Positions 10,076-20,793 of a stretch of 64,000 nucleotides of DNA are shown here, piece after piece. Within the stretch, counting starts at the first letter, position 1. Each line of letters opens with the position of its first letter. This stretch comes from Histomonas meleagridis 2922-C6/04-290x (taxonomy: Eukaryota > Protista > Parabasalia), in NCBI GenBank assembly GCA_020184695.1, contig JAANOX010000121.1, positions 62,001-126,000 of the forward strand, written 5' to 3'. Under the pieces are notes generated by a model that did not search any database, was not told the origin of the DNA, and worked only from the letters and a program-made list of their open reading frames with translations. The position numbers and the translations under genes are program-made.

Positions 10076-10507
10076 ATGCCAGGGTCTGTCCTTCGAAAGC
10101 ATTTTTTCCGAATGGGTCGAAGACCATCAGGGTTTAAACAAAATCATAGAATAATATTCACACCAAATGGATCGTCATACGTTCTAGAATTTATTGGAGG
10201 CAAATTTACTCCAAAAGCATTAGAAATTTTGAATGAAATTGAAAATCATTTTCCAACAGATAACACTAACAAAGCACAAGTGAAAGAACAACACCTCTCT
10301 TTGGAACCATCACTTTTTTCATTCCCATTCTCAAATTTCAGACCTTTCATAAATCATATTAATTTTACACCTGTACTCCCATTTGGAAATACAACTATTG
10401 AACATGTACATTTTAGTGTCCCTACTTTGCCACATCAAAAAAAATGTGATTCATGCTTTAATGATCTAAGTGTTTCTTCGTTATTAAATGAAATACAATC
10501 TATCTGA
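10076..10507 (+). CDS. Hypothetical protein, about 143 aa (basic N-terminal domain, C-terminal LSVSSLLN motif)
   Basis: First ATG at 10076 (MPGSVLRKHFFRMGRRPSG...); coding-like composition against AT-rich flanks. Confidence 0.55.
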   Translation: MPGSVLRKHFFRMGRRPSGFKQNHRIIFTPNGSSYVLEFIGGKFTPKALEILNEIENHFPTDNTNKAQVKEQHLSLEPSLFSFPFSNFRPFINHINFTPVLPFGNTTIEHVHFSVPTLPHQKKCDSCFNDLSVSSLLNEIQSI

Positions 10508-11147
10508 ATAAAGAATTATCATCTTTATTAATAAATCAAGCATTGCAATTTCTTGAATATTTAAAAAAATTCTTATTTTTTTCTTATAGTTCCTATAAAA
10601 TTCATTAAATAAGTGCAATAATATATATGTGGTTGCTTATATTTGGAAGAATCTCTATATTTGGAAAGCATGAAGCATAGTTTAAATCATAAAAAACTAT
10701 TGCGACAATTGAAGAATAAATGCTTTTTTCATTATTTATAGGATAATGAATAAAATTTTGTATTTTGTTTTCTTACAAAGGTAATGTCATTATAGGTTAC
10801 GATTTTCTTTTAAGGTTACTTCATAATATCGTTATTCTAAATATTATACAGAAAAAGTCTCCATTTTATTTGGATACTGCTCTTATATAGAAAAATTTAT
10901 AGAAAATCATAAAGAACGAGGCCAAATGCATTTTAATCTTAATTCCATTGCGTAAAATACAATATCAAAATCACTTGCTACAAATGAACTGGTTGTTCCA
11001 GCAAATGTACAATTTATCTTTATAATTTCTATTTTATTCTATTACGAAGATGATAATAATTTTTGTAGTGATGCTATTAATTATTCACAATGATATATAT
11101 AAATTTATATTCAAATGGATTTGTAAAATCAAAAAACATTTTTTAGT

Positions 11148-12341
11148 TCAAACAAACATTGGAATTGATTCATAAATCATTTCTTCAATTTTTGTCTCAA
11201 TTTCAATTGGAAGTTTCTTCTTTTTTATACAGCAGTCAATGATAACAGGCAAACTTTGATCGAAGATTGCATCGAGAAACATCAAAAGATTAAAATCAAG
11301 AAGTCTTACGTAGTTTGGTGAAGCAATATTATACCCTCTTCTCATTACATCTGAGAAATCAGCAATTGTTGGAAATAATGACTGATATGGGAACCAAGAT
11401 CTTGGAAACCATGAATCGCGAGATACAATTGCAACGTTTACCAGGAAATAATAGACATCGAATTCATTTGTGAGCTTTGTGTAAAGAAAAGCCGATTTAT
11501 CTGATTTGAGATGAGAATAATCATTTGATTGGACAAAAAAGTTGCTTTCGACAAGATCAAGAAACTGTGACGAGAATTGGTATCCTTCAAGTGAACATTT
11601 TCCCATATCAGGATGCGCTGAAATTATAATAAAATGTTTTCCAATTTTCTTTTGAAGTTTCGCTAAGTAAGACATGTGATATGAAATGATCGGCGGATCT
11701 TTAAATTCTGAAACAACAACAAGACCAACAAGCTGCAAGCCCATTTGGTGTGCTACTGAATCAGACACTTTCATTTGGCTTTCGTTAATGTGAAATTCAT
11801 TGTTTTTATAAGTTTGTGTTGGAAAAGTAATTGCATGAACTCGAACAGAAGCAGACGTTGTTTTTTCAATAACAGTACCATACAAGAGAAATACACGAGG
11901 AGTTTTAAAATGCATTTGAAGAATAATTTGTGAAGCTTGAAAAAAATCTGTGTATGGAAATAAAATCTTTTTGACATAACTCTCTTGTTGTTGTTCAATT
12001 GTAATTTGTTTTTGAACTACTTGATCAACAGAAATAACGTTTGAAGACCATTCACTTAAATTTGTTGCTTTTGGATAATTAATCTTTATATCTTTTTTTG
12101 TACTATCAGTGGGTAAATCCAATCTAAATAACTCACCATTTTCAATTTTCAGTTGTGAAAGTTTTGCTGAACGTACAATATTTGTTTTTGTTGATTCTTG
12201 TAACAATGTTAAATTCTTTGTCAAAAACCCATATTTATTTGCCATGCGATCAATCAAAGATCCAATAGTTTCATTGGGCTTTACATCTAATCTTTCTATA
12301 CCATTCTTCCAACGAATTCTTACAACTTTTACCTTTTCCAT
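11148..12341 (-). CDS. NPL4: NPL4-family Cdc48/p97 cofactor (Ubl plus MPN-like)
   Basis: N-terminal Ubl (VVRIRWKNGIERL); FLLYG, VHAITFPTQ, GLQLVGLV, GYQFSSQFLDLV, YFLVNV and LLDFNLLMFL parallel Npl4 motifs. Confidence 0.8.
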   Translation of the reverse strand: MEKVKVVRIRWKNGIERLDVKPNETIGSLIDRMANKYGFLTKNLTLLQESTKTNIVRSAKLSQLKIENGELFRLDLPTDSTKKDIKINYPKATNLSEWSSNVISVDQVVQKQITIEQQQESYVKKILFPYTDFFQASQIILQMHFKTPRVFLLYGTVIEKTTSASVRVHAITFPTQTYKNNEFHINESQMKVSDSVAHQMGLQLVGLVVVSEFKDPPIISYHMSYLAKLQKKIGKHFIIISAHPDMGKCSLEGYQFSSQFLDLVESNFFVQSNDYSHLKSDKSAFLYTKLTNEFDVYYFLVNVAIVSRDSWFPRSWFPYQSLFPTIADFSDVMRRGYNIASPNYVRLLDFNLLMFLDAIFDQSLPVIIDCCIKKKKLPIEIETKIEEMIYESIPMFV

Positions 12342-12387
12342 TTTTCAAATGTTTGGAAAATGACAAATAATTTGAACGAAAAAATTG

Positions 12388-13731
12388 ATGACAATGTATC
12401 TGAAATATAAACGCAGAATTAGACCAAAATTGTTTGTTAATTCTGATCAAGTACCACAAAAATCCCAAGAAGAATGTCTTCATATAATAGGGCAACTAAG
12501 CATTTTGGCAAATGAAAAAATTGAAAATAGTCTTTTCCAAGATGCAGTTAATTGTTATATTGAAATAATGGAAACAATTCAATTATGCACTTGTATCAGC
12601 GTTGATTTTATACGACAAATTTCATTATTTCCAGGATTATTCAAATTAGTTCAAAGCAATATTGATTTAATTGAATTTCTCGCAGATGTTTTTATAGTTT
12701 TAATTCAAAACAACTTTGATTTTGCGCATTGTTTAATTTCAGATTCAGTATTTCAATTTATTCTATCAGAAAATAATTATCCAAAAAAGGCAATTCAACA
12801 ATTATTTGTTTTGCTTATTTCTCATGATCAAAGTTTCTCCAAAATCCTAGTTGATCAATTTGAACTATGTCAAAAAATGGTTGATCCAATTGAAACGCCA
12901 CTTTTTTATTCCAGATATCTGTACACATGCGATCCTAATGATATCACAGCAATCACAACATCTATTTCATTCATTATTCAAGACATTCATTTAATTGACG
13001 ATGAACAACATTTCCAACAACGAATAAATTCATTAACACATATTGTCTCAGCGAATCAATGCGTCGGCGCATTAATTCTTGATGACCCAACATTTAATAA
13101 TTTTATTTTTATCCTTCAAAACCCGAAACCAATGCAAATATTAAAAGCAACTCTTTCATTTTTTAGAGTATTTATAAATTCGTCAGAAGAAATTTTAATA
13201 AATAAATTTCTACGAAAAGTTCATATTTCATTAATTATTCCATTTATATTTTCGGATAATGATGAAATATCTAAAACGGCGATCATTTTAACATCGGATA
13301 TCATTGCTGAAAAGTTTTATCCAATTGACGTTTATTTACAAATCGATTTACCGAATATAATTTCGCGAATTTTTATCAACGGAACTTTCACGCAAAAGAA
13401 ATTCGCCATCTATTGTTTGATAAACTTATCTCTGTATTATAAAAACGAAAAAGGTAACTTCGAAATGTTTATGCCGAAGGATGAGGCATTAGATAACTTT
13501 TTCGATATTATAATATCAAATGATTACCTTAACGATGAAGATTGTATTTATGGAATTAGACACATTTTCCAATTAGTTGAATTAAATATGCTGTTCCAAA
13601 GCTCCATGTTTGATGACTTTTATATATATTTGCAAGATACATTGTTAAGTGTTTCGAATAGAGATTTCGTTTTGCCATTGCAATCACTTATAGAAGAAAT
13701 TTCATCTTCAATGAAATTAGAAAATGAATAA
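12388..13731 (+). CDS. Degenerate ARM/HEAT-repeat (importin-alpha-like) hypothetical protein
   Basis: All-helical 447 aa ORF with basic N-terminus (YKRRIRPK) and NGTFTQKKFAIYCLINL, which resembles the importin-alpha C-terminal repeat. Confidence 0.55.
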   Translation: MTMYLKYKRRIRPKLFVNSDQVPQKSQEECLHIIGQLSILANEKIENSLFQDAVNCYIEIMETIQLCTCISVDFIRQISLFPGLFKLVQSNIDLIEFLADVFIVLIQNNFDFAHCLISDSVFQFILSENNYPKKAIQQLFVLLISHDQSFSKILVDQFELCQKMVDPIETPLFYSRYLYTCDPNDITAITTSISFIIQDIHLIDDEQHFQQRINSLTHIVSANQCVGALILDDPTFNNFIFILQNPKPMQILKATLSFFRVFINSSEEILINKFLRKVHISLIIPFIFSDNDEISKTAIILTSDIIAEKFYPIDVYLQIDLPNIISRIFINGTFTQKKFAIYCLINLSLYYKNEKGNFEMFMPKDEALDNFFDIIISNDYLNDEDCIYGIRHIFQLVELNMLFQSSMFDDFYIYLQDTLLSVSNRDFVLPLQSLIEEISSSMKLENE

Positions 13732-14466
13732 TACATTATTAATGGATTAATTAATTAATTATATTTGTATATAACAAATTACTAACAATGATAAAAAAGA
13801 ATGTTTGACATTGTCACTTTTTGGAAATTTTGTGAAACATTTAATCGTTATATACCACAATGATGAAATATCTAACACAAGTTGTAGATTACTTTCTCAC
13901 AATGAGCCAATGCATATGAGATAGAGAAAGAAGAAACAAATATGTGCAAAAGAGAAGCCCGGAGAAATATTTGATTAAAGGATGATATGGAGCTAAAGCT
14001 TTCAGGTAAAAAATGGTTCAAAAAAGATTTTTAAAAAATGAATTATGTTCTGGTTTCATAAAGTATTTTTTTGTATTCATTAAAATATTTATTTTATTGA
14101 AATTTTTTTTTGAATTTGTAAAAAATAGATGTTTTCTTTTGCAAATTATTAGGCATATTACTAAAGCACATTTACAAAATGCATAAATAAATGTAAAATT
14201 TTTTGTGCTTTTCCAATCTAAAAATTTAATTTTTTATTGATCATAAAATAATTATAAAATAATTATTTGACAACTGTGAAATGAACATTTTTAGATACTT
14301 AAATGACCATTATAAACAATAATTCATGCTATTTCTAAATACTATTCAACTTTTGGAAGAATTTGTTTGAAGTGAGGTGATACACAAAAATACGTTAAAA
14401 ACACCACCGATAGAAGGATTGGGCTAATTTTTTACCCTTTTAAGGGGCAATTTTGCATAGGCTGAA

Positions 14467-15372
14467 ATGGCACAAAAGCCTCTTTTTCTCGTATCTGCAT
14501 CATATGATTTAACAATTTCAGTTACTGATTTAAGCTCAGAATCTTCCAGTTCTGCCGCCCCACTTAAGTTTATCCTTCAAAATGCTCAAGCAAATAGGAT
14601 CATTAAATTTGCAGAAGATCGCTTTGCTGTTGCAAGCAATCCGTACATTTTTATTTACAATAGGACTGCCAAAACCAACAAACCATATCAAAATCTTCAA
14701 GGCCATCAAACTAATGTCACTGATTTATTCTTTGATGGCAATCGTCTCTATTCCTGCAGCGAAGATGAAACTTGGAAGATCTGGGATCCCTCTCAATCTC
14801 GTCCAATTGCCTCCTTTATGACAGGTTGTTGTCTTAATACCATATGTCTTATGTGCGAAAACAAACTTGTTCTTACAGGCAATGACAATGGCAAAGTGGA
14901 AGTCTGGAACTCACAAAACGGCAAACTTCTTTCATCCACTCGTTTTTCTCAAAAAGCGATCAGATCCATTGTTCCTTCCAACCATGAGAATGACGCCATC
15001 ATTGGTTGTCAAGATGGTACTGTAGTGATAGCCAGTGTTACTCCCACTGCTGTCACTGAGCTTCGACGTGTTCAAGCTCACGATGCGTTCATCACGCGCG
15101 TTGCTGCCTCACCTGACGGTAAACTCTTTGCGACTGCTTCATCTGATTCCACCGCTAAGTTGTGGTGGACTGAGACATGCGAGTTAGCGCACAAACTCGA
15201 GGACCAAAGCCAGACGCGTTGGGTTTGGGACGTTGCGTTTACGCCAAACTCTCAATTTGTGTGCACTGGAGGCACTGATAAAGTGTGTAGGGTGTGGAAC
15301 GCGCAGACAGGCGCATTGTTGCGCCAGATAGAAAGGCACCAAAAGGGTGTAACGTGCATTGCAGTGATCTAA
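14467..15372 (+). CDS. LST8: TOR complex subunit LST8 (WD40)
   Basis: LVSASYDLTI, SCSEDETWKIWD, AHDAFITRVAASPDGKLFATASSDSTAKLW, WVWDVAF and HQKGVTCIAV align with LST8. Confidence 0.85.
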   Translation: MAQKPLFLVSASYDLTISVTDLSSESSSSAAPLKFILQNAQANRIIKFAEDRFAVASNPYIFIYNRTAKTNKPYQNLQGHQTNVTDLFFDGNRLYSCSEDETWKIWDPSQSRPIASFMTGCCLNTICLMCENKLVLTGNDNGKVEVWNSQNGKLLSSTRFSQKAIRSIVPSNHENDAIIGCQDGTVVIASVTPTAVTELRRVQAHDAFITRVAASPDGKLFATASSDSTAKLWWTETCELAHKLEDQSQTRWVWDVAFTPNSQFVCTGGTDKVCRVWNAQTGALLRQIERHQKGVTCIAVI

Positions 15373-15734
15373 TCCTATGAATTCATAAAATGAGTATTCG
15401 ATGCTTTTATTCAAACCGTCGATTTCAATCGTCTTGCATTCAATTTTGTGAATCTTTGTTCGTTTTGGAAGAAAAATTTCAAAAATGGGTTTTCTTGACT
15501 AATTTCTTAAAATAAAGATGCGCGTAAACATTGTTTTGAGAAAAGTGTTTTTATGGTTTCAAAAATTAGGAAATTGAAAAATGATCTTAGGAAGAAATCT
15601 GATGCAAGTCGAAAAATTAATATGAGTGAAAGAGAAACCTGCTTGCATTACGACTAATGGTTTGGCTCTTGAAAAGGGATATTGTGTCTATTAGTCCAAA
15701 AAAAAGAAATAATGTGACTAAAAAGTGCCAAAAA

Positions 15735-16412
15735 ATGGGTGCTTTGTTTGTTCTAGGTTTTTTGACAGGACAAATTGCATTTTTACTTGTGCTTATTATT
15801 TTTGGAACAAAAGCACATAAAAAGAAATACCGTCATGTTGATACACAACAAAAGTTCGTCAAAACACGCGAATCAGCAAATTGGATAAACATATTTTTGG
15901 CTCGTTTAAACTCTTCTCGTATCGAAGCTGAACTCATAAAGAGGGGATGCGCAATTCTCACAAAGCGGATTCTTGCAGATCCAAACAGACCAGCAGTTCT
16001 ATCCAAATTGAACATTGCTCCACTCAAAAACCCAGATAGCACACCTTACTTCTCAGAGTTTTGCATATCTCCTGGAGATAATCAGTCACTTTCATTTTTT
16101 ATTAATTATCAAGGATCACCCTCAGTGTCTATTTCTGCATCTGCATCAGCAGGGCCCGCTGATCTCCCAAAGTTGTTTACAGTCAACGTAAACTTTGAGT
16201 TTCTCTTGAAGATGCTGGTTGCAAAGATTTCGCTAATTTTCACAGAAGAAGATGAAATTATTTTGAACATTGGGAACGATCTAATCGCTGAATTCGACGT
16301 GAAACCACTGTTTGATGATAACAGGCAGCAGAATATTCAATCAATATCGGCATGGCTCAGCAACTTCATTGTGAAAGAGCTGAGGGGAAAAAGCTTTCCA
16401 ATGGTGTTGTAA
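15735..16412 (+). CDS. SMP/TULIP lipid-transfer domain protein with N-terminal TM (Mmm1-like)
   Basis: ATG at 15735; TM segment LGFLTGQIAFLLVLIIF (cf. Mmm1 GFLLGQLSVV); ESANWINIFLARL (cf. ESLDWFNVL). Confidence 0.65.
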   Translation: MGALFVLGFLTGQIAFLLVLIIFGTKAHKKKYRHVDTQQKFVKTRESANWINIFLARLNSSRIEAELIKRGCAILTKRILADPNRPAVLSKLNIAPLKNPDSTPYFSEFCISPGDNQSLSFFINYQGSPSVSISASASAGPADLPKLFTVNVNFEFLLKMLVAKISLIFTEEDEIILNIGNDLIAEFDVKPLFDDNRQQNIQSISAWLSNFIVKELRGKSFPMVL

Positions 16413-16526
16413 AAATAAAGTTCGCAAAATTGTTAACTCATTCAAAAAATTATTCGAATTTTTGGGTACCCCAACCATGAAAAGAAGACGTTTATAAGAC
16501 GTTAAATATTTGTGCTCGTTTTTCAA

Positions 16527-17213
16527 ATGTCTCAAGTAGAAACTTCAAGAAATATAGAAGAATCAAAAAACTTGTTATATTCAACATATGTACTAATGTT
16601 GAGGGATAAAATTCAACAAAATTCATTAAAACAATCTGATTCATTTTGGGAACAATTCGAAAAAATTTTATCAAAACATGAGCAACAAATGGGAACGCTG
16701 GTCCAAAAGGCAATAAATATACGTTCAGATTTGTCACAGGTTCGAAGAAATGAATCAGCAATGCATTTAACAAGAATGAACAAAATTAATATGCAAATTC
16801 AAAAGTTACAAGAACAAATCGAAGAACTTCAAGAATCTCTTCAGTCAGACAGAACAGAGCAAATTGAAAAAGAAAAAGCACAAATTGAAAATGAAATACA
16901 ATCAATTGATAAAGAAATTGAAGAAAGAACCAAAAACGTTGAAAAATTAAAGAAGTCAAACGCATCATTAAAAGCTCAAATCCAAAAGGCAAAGATTATT
17001 GCTGATTCCAAATCAAATAACTTAAAAGAAAGAAGAAAAGATGCAGAAGCAAAAAATGCACGTGTAACAGAACAGATTGAAATCACAAAGAAAAAGCTTT
17101 CAGAAATAAATTTAGATATTTCTGAGCTTGAACAAAGAGAAAAAATGTGTTCTGAATTATTTAATTCTCTTAAGGAGCCACTTCCATCAATAGAATCTAT
17201 TTTTTCACCATAA
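16527..17213 (+). CDS. Coiled-coil hypothetical protein
   Basis: First ATG at 16527; continuous E/K/Q heptad pattern. Confidence 0.7.
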   Translation: MSQVETSRNIEESKNLLYSTYVLMLRDKIQQNSLKQSDSFWEQFEKILSKHEQQMGTLVQKAINIRSDLSQVRRNESAMHLTRMNKINMQIQKLQEQIEELQESLQSDRTEQIEKEKAQIENEIQSIDKEIEERTKNVEKLKKSNASLKAQIQKAKIIADSKSNNLKERRKDAEAKNARVTEQIEITKKKLSEINLDISELEQREKMCSELFNSLKEPLPSIESIFSP

Positions 17214-17484
17214 AATCATTGATTTTAATTTCATCATAACTTCACTTATATAAGTTTGGAACTTTAGAATTTTTTACCCACAGGAGAATGGATGGTTTTC
17301 AGCTATGAGCTGTATTCAAATTAAATTTCAGCTGAATATTATATATGTATTAATAAACTATAGTTAATATGTTTTAATGATTTTAATTAAAAATTTTATG
17401 CCTTTTTTAATGTTAAAAAGTTATTAAGCAATAACAAAAATTCATTTTTTTTTATTTTAAACAAAAATAACTGAGATACAATAG

Positions 17485-18560
17485 TATAGGGTGTCCGGTA
17501 GAAGTGTTAGCATCTCAACATAGAAAGGGAATAAATAAAAACAAAAAATATTATTTTTTTCTTTAGTGAATGTATTCACCTTTGGTATCAATAACTCTTT
17601 GTAATCTCTCTTCCCAGTTTAGAAAAGCTCGGTTCAATTCATCTTTTGAAATGTCATTTAAAATTCGATGAACCTGATGTCTTAACTCTTCAGGGGTTTC
17701 AAATGAATAACCCTTGAGCTTTTCTTTGACATTACCCAAGATAAAAATCTGATGGTGCTACGTCAGGTGAATATGGGGGATGTGGACCTCTTTTCATCTG
17801 GTTCGAGTCAATAAAATTTGTGGTTATGCAAGCAGTATGCGGTTTTGCATTGTCAACGTGCAAAATTAAATTTCTATCAGAACCATCATTGAATCTTTGA
17901 ACAAGTTTGAATAAAATATTATTCACGTAGTAGTGTGCATTAAACTTTTGATTTTTAGGATAACAGTCAACGAGAGCAAAACCATTTGGATTGAAATATA
18001 TCGACAACATGAATTTTCGAGAGCAAATTTTCTTTGATACAATTTCTCCTGGGTTATTACCTATTTGTACCCATCTTTTCCGATAATCATAGTTTAAATA
18101 AAACCATGATTCATCTCCTGTAACAAAATGCCTCCAGGAATCTTTTTTTGCAGTTCCAATGACTCTCAATAATTTAGTACATGATCTAACCCGCACTTTT
18201 TTTTGCTCTGGTGTATGAGAATTGGGTACCCAATGAAGGTATCTGCAAACGAACTCAATTTTGATTAGGTGATCGTAAACAGTTGACCTTGGGATATTTG
18301 TTTTATGGGCTATTTGCCTAACTGAAGAAAAATGGAATTCATCAAGCACCTCCAAAATTTTTTCATCAGTGTTTGATGGTTCAGTGAAATTAATTGATTT
18401 TTTAGACTCATTACTATTTGTTCCGATTGTTCCTGATCTAATTGCTCTAGTGATACTTCGAATATGATTCACAGGAAGCATTTAAAGTCTCTTTCATATC
18501 ATTATATATTTTAACAGCTGTTGATCCTATTAGGCTGAGATATCTTGCAACACACACACA
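17485..18560 (-). mobile_element. Decayed Tc1/mariner (DD34D) transposon; one terminal repeat candidate TA+TAGGGTGTCCGG at 17485
   Basis: VTGDESW, LHVDNAKPH and SPDVAPSD with exactly 34 residues between the second and third Asp; HTH segment SVRQIAHKTNIPRSTVYDHL; LHWVP motif. No matching second TIR found. Confidence 0.85.
17563..18560 (-). pseudogene. Mariner transposase pseudogene with at least two frameshifts
   Basis: Frameshift near 18458 (upstream frame VARYLSLIGSTAVKIYNDMKETLNASCESYS joins SITRAIRS) and near 17735 (DFYL then GNVKEKLKGYSF...WEERLQRVIDTKGEYIH-stop at 17563 in another frame). Confidence 0.8.
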
Positions 18561-18858
18561 CACAACGTAAGAATATAATAAGTAAATAGAAAGTCGAATT
18601 CTTCAATCCAATTCATTCGTGTACAAGCCGAGCTTTCAGTCATTGATCATTTTTGTCCTTTCGACTGAATTTCATGATTTTTGTATTACAAATGACAAAA
18701 GTTACGTTTTTAACGTGCACTCATTCATTAATGGATGACAGATTTTTTGTAAACTTTACTTAACGATAAAGACGATAAATGTTGAAAAGACTTCTTTTTA
18801 CTAAAATTTTCTTATCTTTTTTTTTTGAAGCCAGATGTATTGAATAATTTAATTCCCC

Positions 18859-20793
18859 TTAATTGGAATTTTGATTACCACTTTTTTCATGAAGCAATTT
18901 CAATATTTCGATATAATTATTGATAGAAGCATACATAAGTGCTGTATTAAATAAATTAAATAATTTCCAAATTTTATTTTGGAATCAAAAATTATTAAAA
19001 TGAATTTTAAATAAAACTTATAAATATCTTCGGCATTAACATCAATTCCTTCTTGTTCAAGGAGTAATTTAACTATTTCTGTATGACCATTTTCGGATGC
19101 TTTCATAAGTGCTGTTCTAAATAATTTAAATAATTTCCAAATATTATATTGAAGCATTGAATTATTAAAATAAATTTTAAATAAAACAAATAAATATTAT
19201 CTTTAGCATTAATATCAATTCCTTTTTGTTCAAGAAGTAATTTAACTATTTCTAAACGACCTTCTTGAGATGCATACATAAGTGCTGTTCTAAATATTCT
19301 AAACAAATACCAAATATTATTTTGAAATATAAAATTAATAAAATGAATCATAAATAAAACAAATAATTATTATCTTTAGCATTAATATCAATTCCTTCTT
19401 GTTCAAGAAGTAATTTAACTATTTCTATCCGACCTTTTTCAGATGTTAAAATAAGTGCTGTATTAAATATTTTAAGTAATTTCCAAACATTATTTTGAAA
19501 TATAAAATAAAACAAATAATTATTATTTTTAGCATTGATATCAATTCCTTCTTGTTCAAGAAGTAACTTAACTATTTCTATACTACCTTTTTCAGATGTT
19601 AAAATAAGTGCTGTATTAAATATTTGAAATAATTAAATATTATTTTGAAATCAAAAATAAAACAAATAATTATTATCTTTAGCATTAGCATCAATTCCTT
19701 CTTGTTCAAGAAGTAATTTAACTATTTCTATATGACCATTCCAAGATGCTCTAATAAGTGCTGTATCAAATATTTTAAGTAATTTCCAAACATTATTTTG
19801 AAATATAAAATAAAACAAATAATTATTAGTTTTAGCTTTAACATCAATTCCTTCTTGTTCAAGAAGTATTTTAACTATTTCTATATAACCATTTTCAGAT
19901 GCATAAATAAGTGCTGTTTTAAATATTAGAAGTAATTTCCAAACATTATTTTGAAATATCAAATAAAACAAATAAATATTATCTTTAGCATTAACATCAA
20001 TTCCTTCTTGTTCAAGAAGTAATTTAACTATTTCTATATGATCATTCCAAGACGCTCTAATAAGTGCTGTTTCAAATATTATTGATAATTTCCAAATATT
20101 ATTTTGAAATCAAAAATAAAACAAATAATTATTATTTTTAGCATTAACATCAATACCTTTTTGCTTAAGAAGTAATCTGGCTGTTCCTATATATCCTTCT
20201 TCAGATGCTTCGATAAGTGCTGTTTGAAATAATTTAAATAATTTCCTAATATTATTTTGAAACCTCGAATTATTAAAATAAATTTTAAATAAAACAAAGA
20301 AATATCTTGAGCATTAATATCAATTCCTTCTTGTTCAAGAATTAATTTAACTAATTCTATACAATCATTTGAAATTGCTAACATAAGTGCCGTACGAAAT
20401 AATATAAATAATTTCCAAATATTAATTTGAAACATAAAATAATTAAAATAAATTATAAATATCTGAAGTAAATATTTACTACATTAACATTAATTCCCTT
20501 TTGTTTAAGAAGTAATTTTGATATTTCTATGTTATCATGTTCTAATGCCAAAATAAGTGCTGTTTTAAAATATTTAAATAATTTCTAAATTATTAAAACA
20601 AATCATTAATAAAATAAATAAATACTTTGAGTATTAATATCGATTCCTTCTTGTTCAAGAAGTAATTTAACTATTTCTGTATAACCTTTTTCAGATGCAT
20701 ACATAAGTGCTGTTTGAAATAATATAAATAATTTCCAAATATTATTTTGAAACATAAAATTATTAAAATAAATATTAAATAAAACAAAGAAAT
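18859..20793 (-). repeat. Interrupted ankyrin array A: 12 cassettes and 12 AT-rich spacers (60-83 nt), ending in capping repeat TALMYASINNYIEILKLLHEKSGNQNSN-stop
   Basis: Cassette Thr codons at 20713, 20563, 20393, 20223, 20070, 19917, 19764, 19614, 19461, 19288, 19115 and 18945. Each reads TAL..AS..G..EIVKLLLEQEGIDINAKD-like with no internal stop. Confidence 0.95.

Noticed and set aside
18900-20435. Short ORF-track ORFs inside the arrays (also 24320-26252 and 41369-43565) as independent genes
   Set aside because: They are chance joins of one cassette with flanking spacer, and start codons are not conserved between units.
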